From NCBI GenBank assembly GCA_964035545.1, contig OZ037772.1, positions 2,666,001 to 2,730,000 on the forward strand: a stretch of DNA of 64,000 nucleotides, read 5' to 3'. This DNA comes from Bugula neritina. Lineage: Eukaryota > Animalia > Bryozoa. The position numbers and the translations under genes are program-made. Shown here one piece after another: positions 51,881-64,000 of the stretch (its first letter is position 1; each line of letters begins with the position of its first letter). The notes beneath the pieces were generated by a model that saw only the letters and a program-made list of their open reading frames with translations, searched no databases and was not told the DNA's origin.

Positions 51881-52652
51881 AGACCTACCTGCTTTTCTGC
51901 TTTACACCAGCCGGGTGTCTCCCAGCATAGATAAAGTGGTTGATATTGTCAGGGTAGCTGCGCGGTTTATCTCTGCATTTCTTGTATGCTTCCTCATCAA
52001 ACGTCTTACATGGACCAAACTCAAACACTTGGTTTACTGTAACACAATATACTAGAACATGCTAGTCTATACTATACTAGGGTACACTATACTATACTAA
52101 GAACACACTAGAATATACAAAGTAATTGTTAACATTTGGTTCACTGTAACATAATATAAAAATATATTAGTTGCTGACAGACAGACAGACACTGCATAGT
52201 TTGTTAAGTCCTACTAATCAAACTGTAAATTTTTACCGGAAACAGTGTTAGAAGGTACATAGTATATTAGGTGCTCACCTGTATATAATACTATATGTAT
52301 ATGTACATAGTATATTAGGTGTTTACCTGTATATAGTACTATATGTATATAGTGTTTGGTATTTTTTTCAAACTGCTACAAATGCTCATAAAGAAACAAG
52401 CAATACAAGCCGCTAATATACTGCGTATACCAGCTTCATGCTACTTTACCTGAGCATTCTATGCTATTGAATGTTTATTTTCTGCAATATTTCTAGCTGT
52501 TATAGCTTTGAATTTAACATTTCTATGGTGTTTGTGATACAAGTTTCATTTGTTAATAAAGGTGTGCATTCTTTGGCTGAAATGTGGTTTACTTAGCTAG
52601 ACTGATGCTAGTGACTTCCAATATTACTATATTTATGATGCTGCTATTCTAG

Positions 52653-54762
52653 TAAACTGAATGGTGAAGACGTGACTAAGGAAAGAGACAGCACGTCACA
52701 AGACCGCTGTATCCAGGAGTCCTTGCCGAAGTGACTTCCCTCTTAACAACCGCATAGCATATAAACCCACAAATTAATCTACACCACCATCTTCTGTCCT
52801 ACAATCTCAGTCTAACCAACCAATGGTAAGTCATAACCAACTTCTGTGGGTCACTCATTCAACATGGTGCATTCTGATTGCATCAATTAAACATCTGTTG
52901 AGTACTACTGCATGCTGTAGAACGTCCCGACCTGCAAGGAGCGGATGGTGGTGAGGAGTTTCTGATTGACGATTCAGATGAAGATATGTCCCTGGACCCT
53001 CTGACTCCGTCTGTAGAATACTCAAAGAGCTGTCCAATCATGACGAGAGGTTTGTCTTTCATCAAATAGTTGCTTTGGCCTATCGCTTGTTAAATAAATA
53101 AACGCTGCTGACATAATGAACAGTTTTAAAATAGTGCAGACTAACTTATCCCAATGTATACTGTTATATGGTCAGTGTCAAATGTGTATGTATAGACATA
53201 AAGAAAGAATACAAGCAATGGAAGACCTGATTTGTATGGCTAGAAAAGGTGGTAATGATGCCAGATGGGATGAACATTTTGAGACATTGCTCTTACTGTT
53301 GATTGAGACTCTACGAGACAGAGATGTAAAACAAGTTTATTAAATTAATGAAGTTTTCTCCTGTCATGTTATAAATAGCAATCAGTTAGTTGTTGTTCTG
53401 CTGTTACAACTTAGTTAAGCTGATACATGTTGTATTTAGGAATTGATAAGAACCCGGGCCTTGAAAGTGCTCCGAGAGCTGATCAAGTGGGAGAAACACC
53501 GATTTGATAGCTATGCTGAACTCACCATATACAATATCATACAAGCTCATAAGGATGCCAGCAAGTGGGTGAGAACTTTTTTGTCCAGTAATCCTGCTCA
53601 TTGGAATTGACATTACAGTACTGGTGATTCATAGTAAAATATATTTCTTGTTTTAAGCTTTTAGTACTGTTGCTTGTGATGGTGAAAGAAATGTGTTGAC
53701 TATAAACCTTTAGGTGTACCGAGCAGCTGAGGAGTGTGCTATAACACAGGCCAAGTCACTGAAGCCCGAGCACTCTGTCGTAGTACTGGCTAAACTAACG
53801 GGCAGTGTTGAGTACCCACTATCTGTAGCCGCTATAAAGACACTCACACATGATATTGAACGGATGAGTGAAGAATCCTTAATCAAAGTTATTCAACAGC
53901 TGATACCAGGTCTTATTAAGATATTACGCTATGGCTCTTGTAAAGTTTACCGACTAATATTAGGTCATCTGTTGAGATGTGTCACTAGTTTCTAGGATTT
54001 TATTTCTACTCGGTGTAAAAAATGTTGTAAGTTGATCTCACTTATAGTGTACACTGTAGTTGTGATCAACTTCTATGGCTTTTATAGGGCTATAAACATG
54101 AAAAGTGCAGGTGCAGGAAAGCTAGTTGCTTCGCTTTGGTCGCTCTTTACATGAAAATAGGAGATAATCTCAAGCCATATTTGTCTGTACTAACAAGCAG
54201 CAAGGTAGGCCATCAGTTCTTTACAAAAAACATGTCTGAAACTAAACTATAAAAATCTGCTGAGAATAAGTGCCTGTTCCTTTCACTCTAGTAAACAGTA
54301 AATCTTACGGATGTATATTTTACCCAAAATCGTATGTTTTGAACTGCCCCTAGCACATTTATAACCAAAGAGTTTTGGTAACAACCTTTTTATTTTAGTT
54401 ATTTTTATATGATAGTTTTCATACTTAGCTCAATAATTGAATTTACTACTTGTCTAAATAATACATCAGAGAAATGCAAAATAAATGTCATTTTCAATAT
54501 TAAAATTAATGTAGATTTCACCTCCCACGTCTAACATCACACATTTATAGAGTTGGTTATTAAATGACTAAGTCTTTGGTATAAATAAACTGAACAGTAT
54601 TTGGCTAATGACTATACACTGTACCATCATTATTGACTCTATGGTTGGCATCACATTTCCCTGACTATTCTATCTTTTGTAGCTGAAACTTCTCAATCTA
54701 TATATTAAGAGAGCAGAAGAAACGGTGCAGAGCTTCACCACGACACTATCACAAAGAAATAA
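52653..54762 (+). pseudogene. CLASP: CLASP 3' exons (C-terminal TOG-like / CLIP-interacting domain), copy 2
   Basis: Exons 52653-52825 (in-frame TGA), 52921-53049 (DMSLD-frameshift-DSVCRILKELSNHDER), 53196-53325 (WDEHFETLLLLLIETLRDRD), 53440-53568 (RALKVLRELI...YAELTI...AHKD), 53714-53920 (donor mutated GT>AT at 53921), 54088-54204, 54683- (LKLLNLYIKRAEE). These match the characteristic CLASP1/2 C-terminus. Confidence 0.92.
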
Positions 54763-55877
54763 GTTACTCAGGAATTACTTCCTTATATTCACAATAATCA
54801 GGTGTCGAGAGCCAGCATTGCCTCAGTTGACAACAAGATGGGAGACGCCCACGGTTACCCCATCAACGCTAAGGGTGCCATGAAAAATATGAAGAAACAT
54901 ACCCTCAACATGTAGACATTGCATCACCAGTCTGAGCTAATGTCAAGGTTAAACTCTGTTTCCTGTTGATGAACTTCCTTCTTGAATATCAGCTGTACCT
55001 TTACCTTGCACCTTGTGAAGATTTTAATTATATTCTCTTTGTATGATTAGGAAAATAGTTTAGATACAAATGTCACAATTGACCCTTTATTGTTTACGTG
55101 CTTTTGAAAATCCTGTTTGGTAATTTTTTATGTTGTTATGATCAATTGTTCAATAATAATAGATAATGATTACTTCTTCTAAAATTCCTTTGGGATGTTG
55201 CATGTTGCCTATTTTAAAGAAGAAAGTAATGCATTGTTTATAAATAAACAAAGGAAACAGCTCTGGTCTAGGGTAAACACAATGTCAATGATTTGAATCT
55301 CTGGTAAACAATAAGACATTTTCAATTTTCATGATGACTAGAGAAAGCTCTATTTAGCTGTTTATCACTAAACAATAGTTCTATATACTTCAAGTGGTCA
55401 ATTTCATGATCAAAGTTTAGCATAAAAAAAGCTATTGATAAATAGTCTATGAGAACGCAAGGAAATAGAATTGATATGAAGAACACAATTATTGACATCA
55501 TTGACATCTTCGGTGCATCTATTGATTCTATTATCAAGTATCAGCGGTTCACTTAGTTTTTTCAACTCTTTGTAAAAATGTTAGCTCAGCTAACAGACTG
55601 GTTTTATAAATTACACTTTGAAACATTTTTTTTTTGTAATTCTGTTATAAGCATTGTGCTACAGTGGCAAATTCTCAAGCCTACTTTTAACAGTCAGCTG
55701 TTGGAGCAGCAAAGTATTTTGGGTTGAATAGTGTATATTAATAACTTTCCTTTTAATGACTGACAGTCTAGTAGCAATACAAACAATACTTATACAAATT
55801 TTTTAGCATTTAGCTGTGTTGTTGGAAAAGTTTTGTAACTATTTGATTTATCTTGTTGCACACCAAAGCCCAATAGT

Positions 55878-56280
<403 letters not shown>

Positions 56281-56385
56281 TAGAGTCACTTGAGCTCTCT
56301 GGCTTGAGTTTACACACCTTTTAAATATGCTTTAGTAGAAACATAAGTTTCTACTATTGCGAAGGTGTGGGCCATGGTACTCTGT

Positions 56386-56432
56386 TCTGTGCTGATGAGG
56401 GGACAAACCCCGAAACAGCTGCTGTCCACAGA
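56386..56432 (+). ncRNA. Type I hammerhead ribozyme
   Basis: TCTGTG-CTGATGA-GGGG ACAAA CCCC-GAAA-CAGC T GCT-GTC^-CACAGA: complete core, stems I/II/III; predicted cleavage after 56426. Confidence 0.93.
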
Positions 56433-56657
56433 TTGAGGTATTATGCTCTCACTTAATGCTCAGCAATGACATTCAGTGATTGAGCTCTCTCACCATGGTC
56501 ACAAACTCAAGCTGCTAGCATTTTGCAAGGCTCGTGACTCTTAGGTGACCCCTAGAGTCACTTGAGCTCTCTGGCTTGAGTTTACACACCTTTTAAATAT
56601 GCTTTAGTAGAAACATAAGTTTCTACTATTGCGAAGGTGTGGGCCATGGTACTCTGT

Positions 56658-56704
56658 TCTGTGCTGATGAGGGGACAAACCCCGAAACAGCTGCTGTCCA
56701 CAGA
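56658..56704 (+). ncRNA. Type I hammerhead ribozyme
   Basis: Identical to 56386-56432; predicted cleavage after 56698. Confidence 0.93.
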
Positions 56705-56707
56705 TTG

Positions 56708-56848
<141 letters not shown>

Positions 56849-56975
56849 TGTATACATATATATATATATATAGAGTCACTTGAGCTCTCTGGCTTGAGTT
56901 TACACACCTTTTAAATATGCTTTAGTAGAAACATAAGTTTCTACTATTGCGAAGGTGTGGGCCATGGTACTCTGT

Positions 56976-57022
56976 TCTGTGCTGATGAGGGGACAAACCC
57001 CGAAACAGCTGCTGTCCACAGA
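56976..57022 (+). ncRNA. Type I hammerhead ribozyme
   Basis: Identical to 56386-56432. Confidence 0.93.
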
Positions 57023-57247
57023 TTGAGGTATTATGCTCTCACTTAATGCTCAGCAATGACATTCAGTGATTGAGCTCTCTCACCATGGTCACAAACTCAA
57101 GCTGCTAGCATTTTGCAAGGCTCGTGACTCTTAGGTGACCCCTAGAGTCACTTGAGCTCTCTGGCTTGAGTTTACACACCTTTTAAATATGCTTTAGTAG
57201 AAACATAAGTTTCTACTATTGCGAAGGTGTGGGCCATGGTACTCTGT

Positions 57248-57294
57248 TCTGTGCTGATGAGGGGACAAACCCCGAAACAGCTGCTGTCCACAGA
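57248..57294 (+). ncRNA. Type I hammerhead ribozyme
   Basis: Identical to 56386-56432. Confidence 0.93.
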
Positions 57295-57483
57295 TTGAGG
57301 TATATATATATATATATATATATATATTACATCTTAACATTTTATCTGATGATTGTGTACATTCTATGCACATGAAACTAGTAGTAAAAAAGTGTTTTAA
57401 ATCAAATTTTATCGTTCTTTACTTTTATTTATTTACTCTGCTCTGCACTGCATTGAGCTCTCTTTAGTGGTAAACTATACACC

Positions 57484-57571
<88 letters not shown>

Positions 57572-60500
57572 AATGATTTTTTGGACTTTTCAATCAGCAT
57601 ATGGAAAACTGTAGTCAAAAAACAAGTGATCAAAATATTTATTTTATATAAATAAAAAGTGAAAAAAAATTTAAACAATTATTGCAAAATAATACTTGCA
57701 TAGACTTGCATGCCATATTAATTACAAGTGTAGGCTAAATAACAAAAGAATGTGATATATACCATAACAGTTTATAAAGTAGAATTTGTGACAACAATTT
57801 ATAGAACAGAATAATATTATAAATTCAACAACGCTGCAGCACTTTGAAACACAAAGCGTAAAGGTGCAGTCAGTACACAGAGTTTGTTGATGTAATATAG
57901 TGTTATATCAAAGTTTTAATGCTATATATGGGCTGACAGTCAAGCAGCAACCTACAAATAATTATATATATATGTGACCAAACACTACAATCTATACAAT
58001 CTATTCAATTGATTACAGATTGATAATAACAATAAAATTATATATATACAAGCGTTATAATTTCATTGAAAAAAATTGGTAAAACTGCTGTTTAATAAAT
58101 ATGATTCAACTTTTGATGAATAGTTTCAAAAATATTTTTAGAAAGTTTAGATTATTAATTATTATTAACATACACAGAATTGCTTTCAACCTCTTCAAAA
58201 AATCACAAGAGAGACAATTGCTAATACACAAAAAGAAAACAGAAATAATGTTGCTGAAACATAAGTTTATACAACAGTGTTTAAAGTATCATACTTTATT
58301 ATGACATAATTTAGTATGATAATATGAGAGGCAATCATGGCACAGGTAATGATATTATGGCACAGGTGATAATGACATGGTAAGAAGGGCACACAGCGAA
58401 AAGTAGGAAAACATGGCACACTTATGTTCAATTTTTCTAAACACCCATTCTCACCCTTATACCCTAATACTGAAAATGTGCCATTCTTACCTATTTTTCC
58501 ACTTGTGCCATAATAACCTGTATGTGCCATTTTAACCATAGACACCACCCACAATGCATCAATTGGAAAAGATTCAAATCAACCTTTATTGCTGAATTAT
58601 GAACCAACTCAAGGAAATCCTCCTGTAATTCTCCTGGAATCTTTTTGACAAAGCGTTGGAATTTGTCACATGTCAAGCTAAGAATCTAGCTCTTTCTTTT
58701 TAAGAGATAGCTCAGAAAAATATCGTTAAAGCTCTATTGTGCTCTAGTGTGCAATTTTACTTATGACATTTTTATTTATTATCGGCACTTGTTCTCCTAT
58801 AAAAGTTTATTAAGTGTGTGGAAAAACACCACAATTTAGAAAAAGGCGCCACCACTTTAGTGTAACTTTAGAAACATTGACGCTGCTATGAAAAGCAATG
58901 ATATATGATGATTGCACTCCTGCATGTTTAGGCTCAGATTATTTAGAGTAGCAAATATATTTACAAGGTAAATGTAGTATACAGTTTATAGAGATTGACT
59001 TGCATGGCTGCTAAAAGTTGGCCTGTTAGTTCAAGCAGCAAATTTTTTGACCTCCATTTGAAAGTAGCACAGAAAGCAGTTAGGGTAGAGTAATTAATAA
59101 ACACATCCATGTCAAAGTAAACTGATATTGCAGAATATAGTTTTGCTAAATAAGGGAGCTAAGATAAAGGTTTACAGAAATATACACATATAAATGTAAC
59201 TTGCCAGAACCCAAAAAGCCTTCATCAAACCTTGTGAATTTTTCAAATTTCAAATTCTTCCCTAAAATGTCGAATATTTCCCCTAGGAGAAATCTTCTCC
59301 CAGGTTGGGAAACTCTGAACAAGACATGTAAACATGAATATTACCAAGTGCATGCATTGCTATAGTTACTAGACTGTTGGGTTACAACTCACAATATTTG
59401 TAAGCTGAAGAGCTATTAATAGAGATGATGATAATGCAGTATAAATTAGTCAGTCTATTATCATGAGTTAGTCACTGCTGATATTATGCTATGCAATGGC
59501 TAACAGTCACATAGCAACTTACAAATAATTCTACTATTTATTATGATTATTATGACATCTATGATGAGGAAATAAAATGTGCCTTTACATACACATCATA
59601 TTTTGTGTAAACAAGTGTTTAAATACAGTTGAACATCTGGTGTTCGAAATTTGTTTTTTTTTTGTTTCAAATGTTGATAAAATACAAATCAAAAAATATT
59701 TTTCAATAAATAATAGTAAATTATGCTGAAGAACTAATGTGGACTTGTAGAATAAGTTCGCAAGAGAAGTAACTCCTGATTAACATGATTAAACAGTCAC
59801 AATAATATTCCTGAAAGATTCCTAGAGCCTAAAGTTCATACACTATTGTGATGCAGTAAGTATTCTATAGAGTTGGTATTGATATTGCAGTACAATTAGG
59901 TCATGAGCTTTCACCAGGCATCAAGTTTTTACCTCCACTGATGGAGTAATCTTAGGTTTGTAAATAATGGCCACTGTAAAGTAGCCATATCCAAAAACTC
60001 AGTTTTCTAACCATCTCAACTGATGGACATGTGATGTGTGTGACACCAGGAGGTGTAGAAGTAATAAATGGAGACACTCTGGATACTATCAGCTCAGTGA
60101 AACACACCAACACTACATGGTGGTGGGAGATAATCCAACCTGAAGGGTTGGTGGTTGTCAGCTGGTATAACAGAGCGGAGAATACAGCTGGTTTTAAGAC
60201 AAAGGCATTCCTTGGTGTTGAGTTACTCAATATATACAATGCAAATATTTTGTAGAAAGGTGTCAAATAGTTTTTGAAGCCCTCAACAATTTTTTTATTT
60301 GAAATAAATTTTATAAATGCTTGAAAACAAATGTTAAAAATGTTACATGAATTTTTATTCGGAATCAATAATTAAAATAAACAAAAATGATGTTGACTTC
60401 TACAAAAATTTTAGCAGAAGAGGCAACTCCTTATAAACATCTAATTCAATAAATAATAGTACTATAAAATACTCATAACTGTACAAAATAAGTATTGATA

Positions 60501-60690
60501 TAACATCAAATGTAAATTGCCATATAAATAATGCTGTATATATTACACGTATATATACATGCATCGCATCAAAACCTATCTATGCATGATACCAATAGTG
60601 GCCTTGCAGCTAATTAGGGTAAATAGAGCACTTTTCAAATACTCTTTATGTGGCAGAACATATATGAAAATTCTTCTTCATGACATGATC

Positions 60691-61030
60691 GGAAGTATTT
60701 GTCCAAATATTCAAAGCTAGTTTTGGAGTTATGGCCTTATTCATCCTGCCTAGTATTCTTTTGCTGATGATGCCTATTTTAGTTTTGCTTGGGTTTATTA
60801 GTCTGCACTTGAGGTTATTCATAAAATTAGGCTTGTGGTCCTTTAGTGTTATGTATGCCTCAGTTGTGTTGATGGTCGTGATTCTGTCTTCGATTTGTAG
60901 AGATTTGGCAATATGTTTAGCTTCTAGGTTTATTTCTTGGGGCGTGTTTCGATCAATTTTTTTGTAATCCTTAGTGATGTTGTTGTGCAATAGTTCTCTG
61001 TAGTTGGTAATTTCCATGTTGTAAAAATTA
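60691..61030 (-). mobile_element. Penelope-like element reverse transcriptase N-terminal fragment (Neptune-like), inverted
   Basis: Y..MEITNYRELLHNNITKDYKK...AYITLKDHKPNFMNNLKCRLINPSKTKIGIISKRIL...WTNT. Confidence 0.85.
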
Positions 61031-61275
61031 TTATATTATATATACCAAGCTACAGTTACAACCAAAGATGGCAGCCAACCCCAGACTTTTGTGGGAACAT
61101 CAGAAACAGAATTCAAAACTAAATTGTATAACCACAAAACAAAAAAGAACCATACTGAATTGAGCAAATATATCTGGAAACTAAAAGACAAGAACACCCA
61201 TTTTGACATAACATGGAAAATTATGAAAAAGACCAACTCATACAACAAAGTCACTAAAAGGTGCAACCTCTGCCT
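61031..61275 (+). mobile_element. Penelope-like element GIY-YIG endonuclease fragment
   Basis: IIYQATVTTKDGSQPQTFVGTSETEFKTKLYNH...TELSKYIWKLKD....ITWKI....SYNKVTKRCNLCL, followed by (TA)n. Confidence 0.88.
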
Positions 61276-61293
61276 ATATATATATATATATAT

Positions 61294-62030
61294 CACCGGC
61301 TTTCCATGTACCGATCTCAGATCGATCTTAGCGAGATCGATCCATGGAAAGACGCCAAAGATCGATCTCCGTCGATCTGAGCTGGTCGGTCTGTAAAGCT
61401 CGAACTCAGATCGATCTCATGTCAATAAGACCATGGAAAGACGCCAGATCGATCTGAGAAGTAAAAAAAACTGCTCGCTACAATGTTGTCTGCTAATAAA
61501 AATGATAACTTATTGATAATTACTAAGCAAAGTATTAAATAATCATGATAGCCACTTTTTCAGATGCCAAAACTTTAACTTTCAGTACAATGATTAAGAA
61601 AACTCAATTATATGCAGTAGAAGGTAAAAAAATAGCAAAATTTAAATTGAATTTAAATGACTATTAAAACTTAGTTTCATTAGCTATTTTCTTTGTAATT
61701 TTAAGCCTAACAATCCTGTAAGTTTATTAATAATCTGCAAGACAACCATTAATTTTATATAAGCTGTCAAACTAAAAAATTAAAATTAATTATTTTAAAT
61801 TGGCCAAATTACCATACACTGAAAGCTTTGCTGCGTATATTTTATAGCTGGGATTAAATTTTAGACTACTACCATCTTGTTTTCAACAGTAGTAGCTTTA
61901 ATCACTCAAATAGGTGAACAAATTATACTTTTAAAGTATCCTTCACTTAAGAGGAGGCAACTTCGCGAGATCGATCTGACACTCCCATGGAAAAACGATC
62001 GATCTGAGATCGGTACATGGAAAGCCCGTG
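61294..62030. mobile_element. MITE with CAC-ended TIRs (CACSGGCTTTCCATGTACCGATCTCAGATCGATC), TAT flanks; possibly CACTA/EnSpm-type
   Basis: 34-bp near-perfect TIRs, TAT at 61291-61293 and 62031-62033, internal AGATCGATCT repeats. The superfamily is inferred only from the CAC ends and short TSD. Confidence 0.8.
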
Positions 62031-62107
62031 TATGAAAACTCTTCTTCATGACATGATCAGAATTGATGATATCAAAGGTAAAAGGTCATGACCTTCAAAT
62101 AATATAA

Positions 62108-62251
<144 letters not shown>

Positions 62252-62405
62252 CTCAATCTGTGGACAGCAGCTGTTTCGGGATTTGTCCCCTCATCAGCAC
62301 AGAACAGAGTACCATGGCCCACACCTTCGCAATAGTAAAACTTATAGTTTTACTAAAGCATATTTAAAAGGTGTGTAAACTCAAGCCAGAGTGCTCAAGT
62401 GACTC
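62252..62405 (-). mobile_element. Solo terminal repeat of the retrozyme-like element, with hammerhead
   Basis: Reverse complement of 56283-56437 with a few differences; (TA)n on both sides. Confidence 0.9.
62257..62303 (-). ncRNA. Type I hammerhead ribozyme (stem II G-U variant)
   Basis: Minus strand: TCTGTG CTGATGA GGGG ACAAA TCCC GAAACAGCTGCTGTC CACAGA. Confidence 0.9.
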
Positions 62406-62479
62406 ATATATATATATATATTTAAATATATCTTTTTGAGCTAGCAATTTGATTATAAATAGGTATACGAGAAACATTG

Positions 62480-63055
62480 TTATTTATTACTTTATTAGGT
62501 AAAGTAATTACACTGATATTTCGGGTACCACTGTACCCATCTTCAGAGTAGCAATGAATGAAATTCAAAAATTATTATGTTACGTTAGACGTTATGCATG
62601 ACACAAAGAATAGAGAGTGGCAGTTATTGTAAATTATTGAAACTTAAGGAGATAATCTTATTTTATATATTACGCAGGTCAAAAATTATACTGATTTTTT
62701 TGCATAAAAATAAATTAGAGTTGACAAAAAAAATAGATATCCAAATATAAAAACAGCAAGAATTAGTGAAACTATGTAAGAGTTGAGTAGTGTGGAGCTA
62801 TCGATATAGTTTTAGTGGTATGGAGTAATTTTGTTTATTGTGTTGCGGGTTTTATTTGTTTAATGTAGAGAGCTTCGGCTACTTTTCGATGGTGGATTCC
62901 TTTAAATGAATGATTTAAAACTGTTGCATTGTCTATTGATATGTTTCGATAATTAGTGGTAGAGATGTGTTCCAAAATTTATCAACACATCTCTACCACT
63001 AATCATGGAAACATATCAATAGACAATGTAACAGTTTTAAATCATTCATTTAAAT
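62480..63055 (-). mobile_element. 3' end of a second Penelope-like element (GIY-YIG C-terminus plus 3' UTR/pLTR) with a short inverted 5' copy
   Basis: ~62980-62800 translates as ILEHISTTNYRNISIDNATVLNHSFKGIHHRKVAEALYIKQIKP-(frameshift)-NKQNYSIPLKLYR*; 62984-63055 is an inverted copy of ~62903-62972. Confidence 0.8.
62511..62550 (-). ncRNA. Minimal hammerhead ribozyme of a second Penelope-like family
   Basis: Minus strand: TACT-CTGAAGA-T-GGGTAC AGTG GTACCC-GAAATATC-AGTG; stem III is reduced to a palindromic ATAT; AATAAA motifs lie just downstream. Confidence 0.7.
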
Positions 63056-64000
63056 ACAGTTTATCGAATAATTGCAAATTATTTTGTATATACAATGCAA
63101 ATTTCTTATAGAAAAGTGTCCAATTTTTGTTGAAGAAATTACTAAGATTTTTCTTTGAAATAAATGCTATATAATATGTTTAAAAATAAGATTTTAAAAT
63201 TAATGTATCAGCTTTTATTCATAGAAAAAGAATTAAATGTATATAACTGTATATAACTGTATATCGCTGTTGATATTTATAAAAGAAGCGAGAGATGCAA
63301 CTCCCAATAAATATTGAATCCAGAAATAATATTGAATAATAAGGACCATAAGCTAAAGATCATACAGCACTGTCAGCTTGTAATAAATAATATAGTATAA
63401 GATTACTCAAATGAAAATACTATAAATTAAGGTACATTTACATACAAAACATATTTGTGTAAGAAAGTATTTGAATTACAGTTGAAAAAACTACTCAGTG
63501 TTAAAACAACATTTTATTGTAATTAAAGCTTTATTGTAACATATATACAAAAACCTGTTGTTAGTTACTAAAAAATTACGCTGAAAAAATAATAAAGGAA
63601 GTTTGCAGGGGAAGTAACTCCTAATAAACATAAATGTACCAAAAAAAGCAATTTGATTGAAAATTTTAGTTTGACATTCACACAACACACCACAGCAGTA
63701 AGTAATACTCATTGCTGTATAATCAGATAATTTACTTCTGTTACAACTAAAATTTCAATTATGTTACACAATGCTGGTGCTAATTGAGCAATGTTATACA
63801 ATTTCATGATATCAACGGCACCAGTGAAGTAGTCGTATCCAAATAAAACATGATAGACACTCTTCACATGTGCCTTTAGGACATTAGCGTTCTTCAGTGT
63901 TTAGTTACTCAATATATACAATGCAAATATTTTTGTAGAAAGGTGCCAAATAGTTTTTGAAGCCCTCAACAATATTCTGTGAGGATAGGGTTGTGGGGGA

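Larger units (their letters stand above)
56871..57300 (+). mobile_element. Second, apparently identical retrozyme-like element (tandem, 590-bp offset)
   Basis: Same sequence as 56281-56710, flanked by (TA)n. Confidence 0.88.

Overview
AT-rich animal (invertebrate-like) genomic DNA with spliceosomal introns and no convincingly intact protein-coding gene. From left to right: (1) a decayed fibrillar-collagen gene (Cys-rich exons, eroded Gly-X-Y exons, three COLFI C-propeptide exons; 1-5473); (2) two direct copies of a segmental duplication (~9077-16880 and ~50236-58400), each carrying a pseudogenised 3' half of CLASP on + and orphan exons on -; (3) between them a ~29.9-kb insertion (19287-49173) with CAG...CTG imperfect termini, an 8-bp target-site duplication (ATTTTACT) and a shared bipartite subterminal motif, which splits a 1.3-kb TA-targeting non-autonomous DNA transposon into two complementary halves. 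This looks like a giant hAT-type cargo element holding decayed exons, MITEs, an R4/Dong-type LINE and kilobases of 3/6-bp-periodic sequence; (4) a 272-bp hammerhead-ribozyme repeat (retrozyme-like; five type I ribozymes) embedded in (TA)n, next to Penelope-like RT and GIY-YIG fragments and a second, different minimal hammerhead. Many mini- and microsatellites account for most of the long ORFs in the supplied track. All family assignments are from motif recognition by eye; no searches were run.
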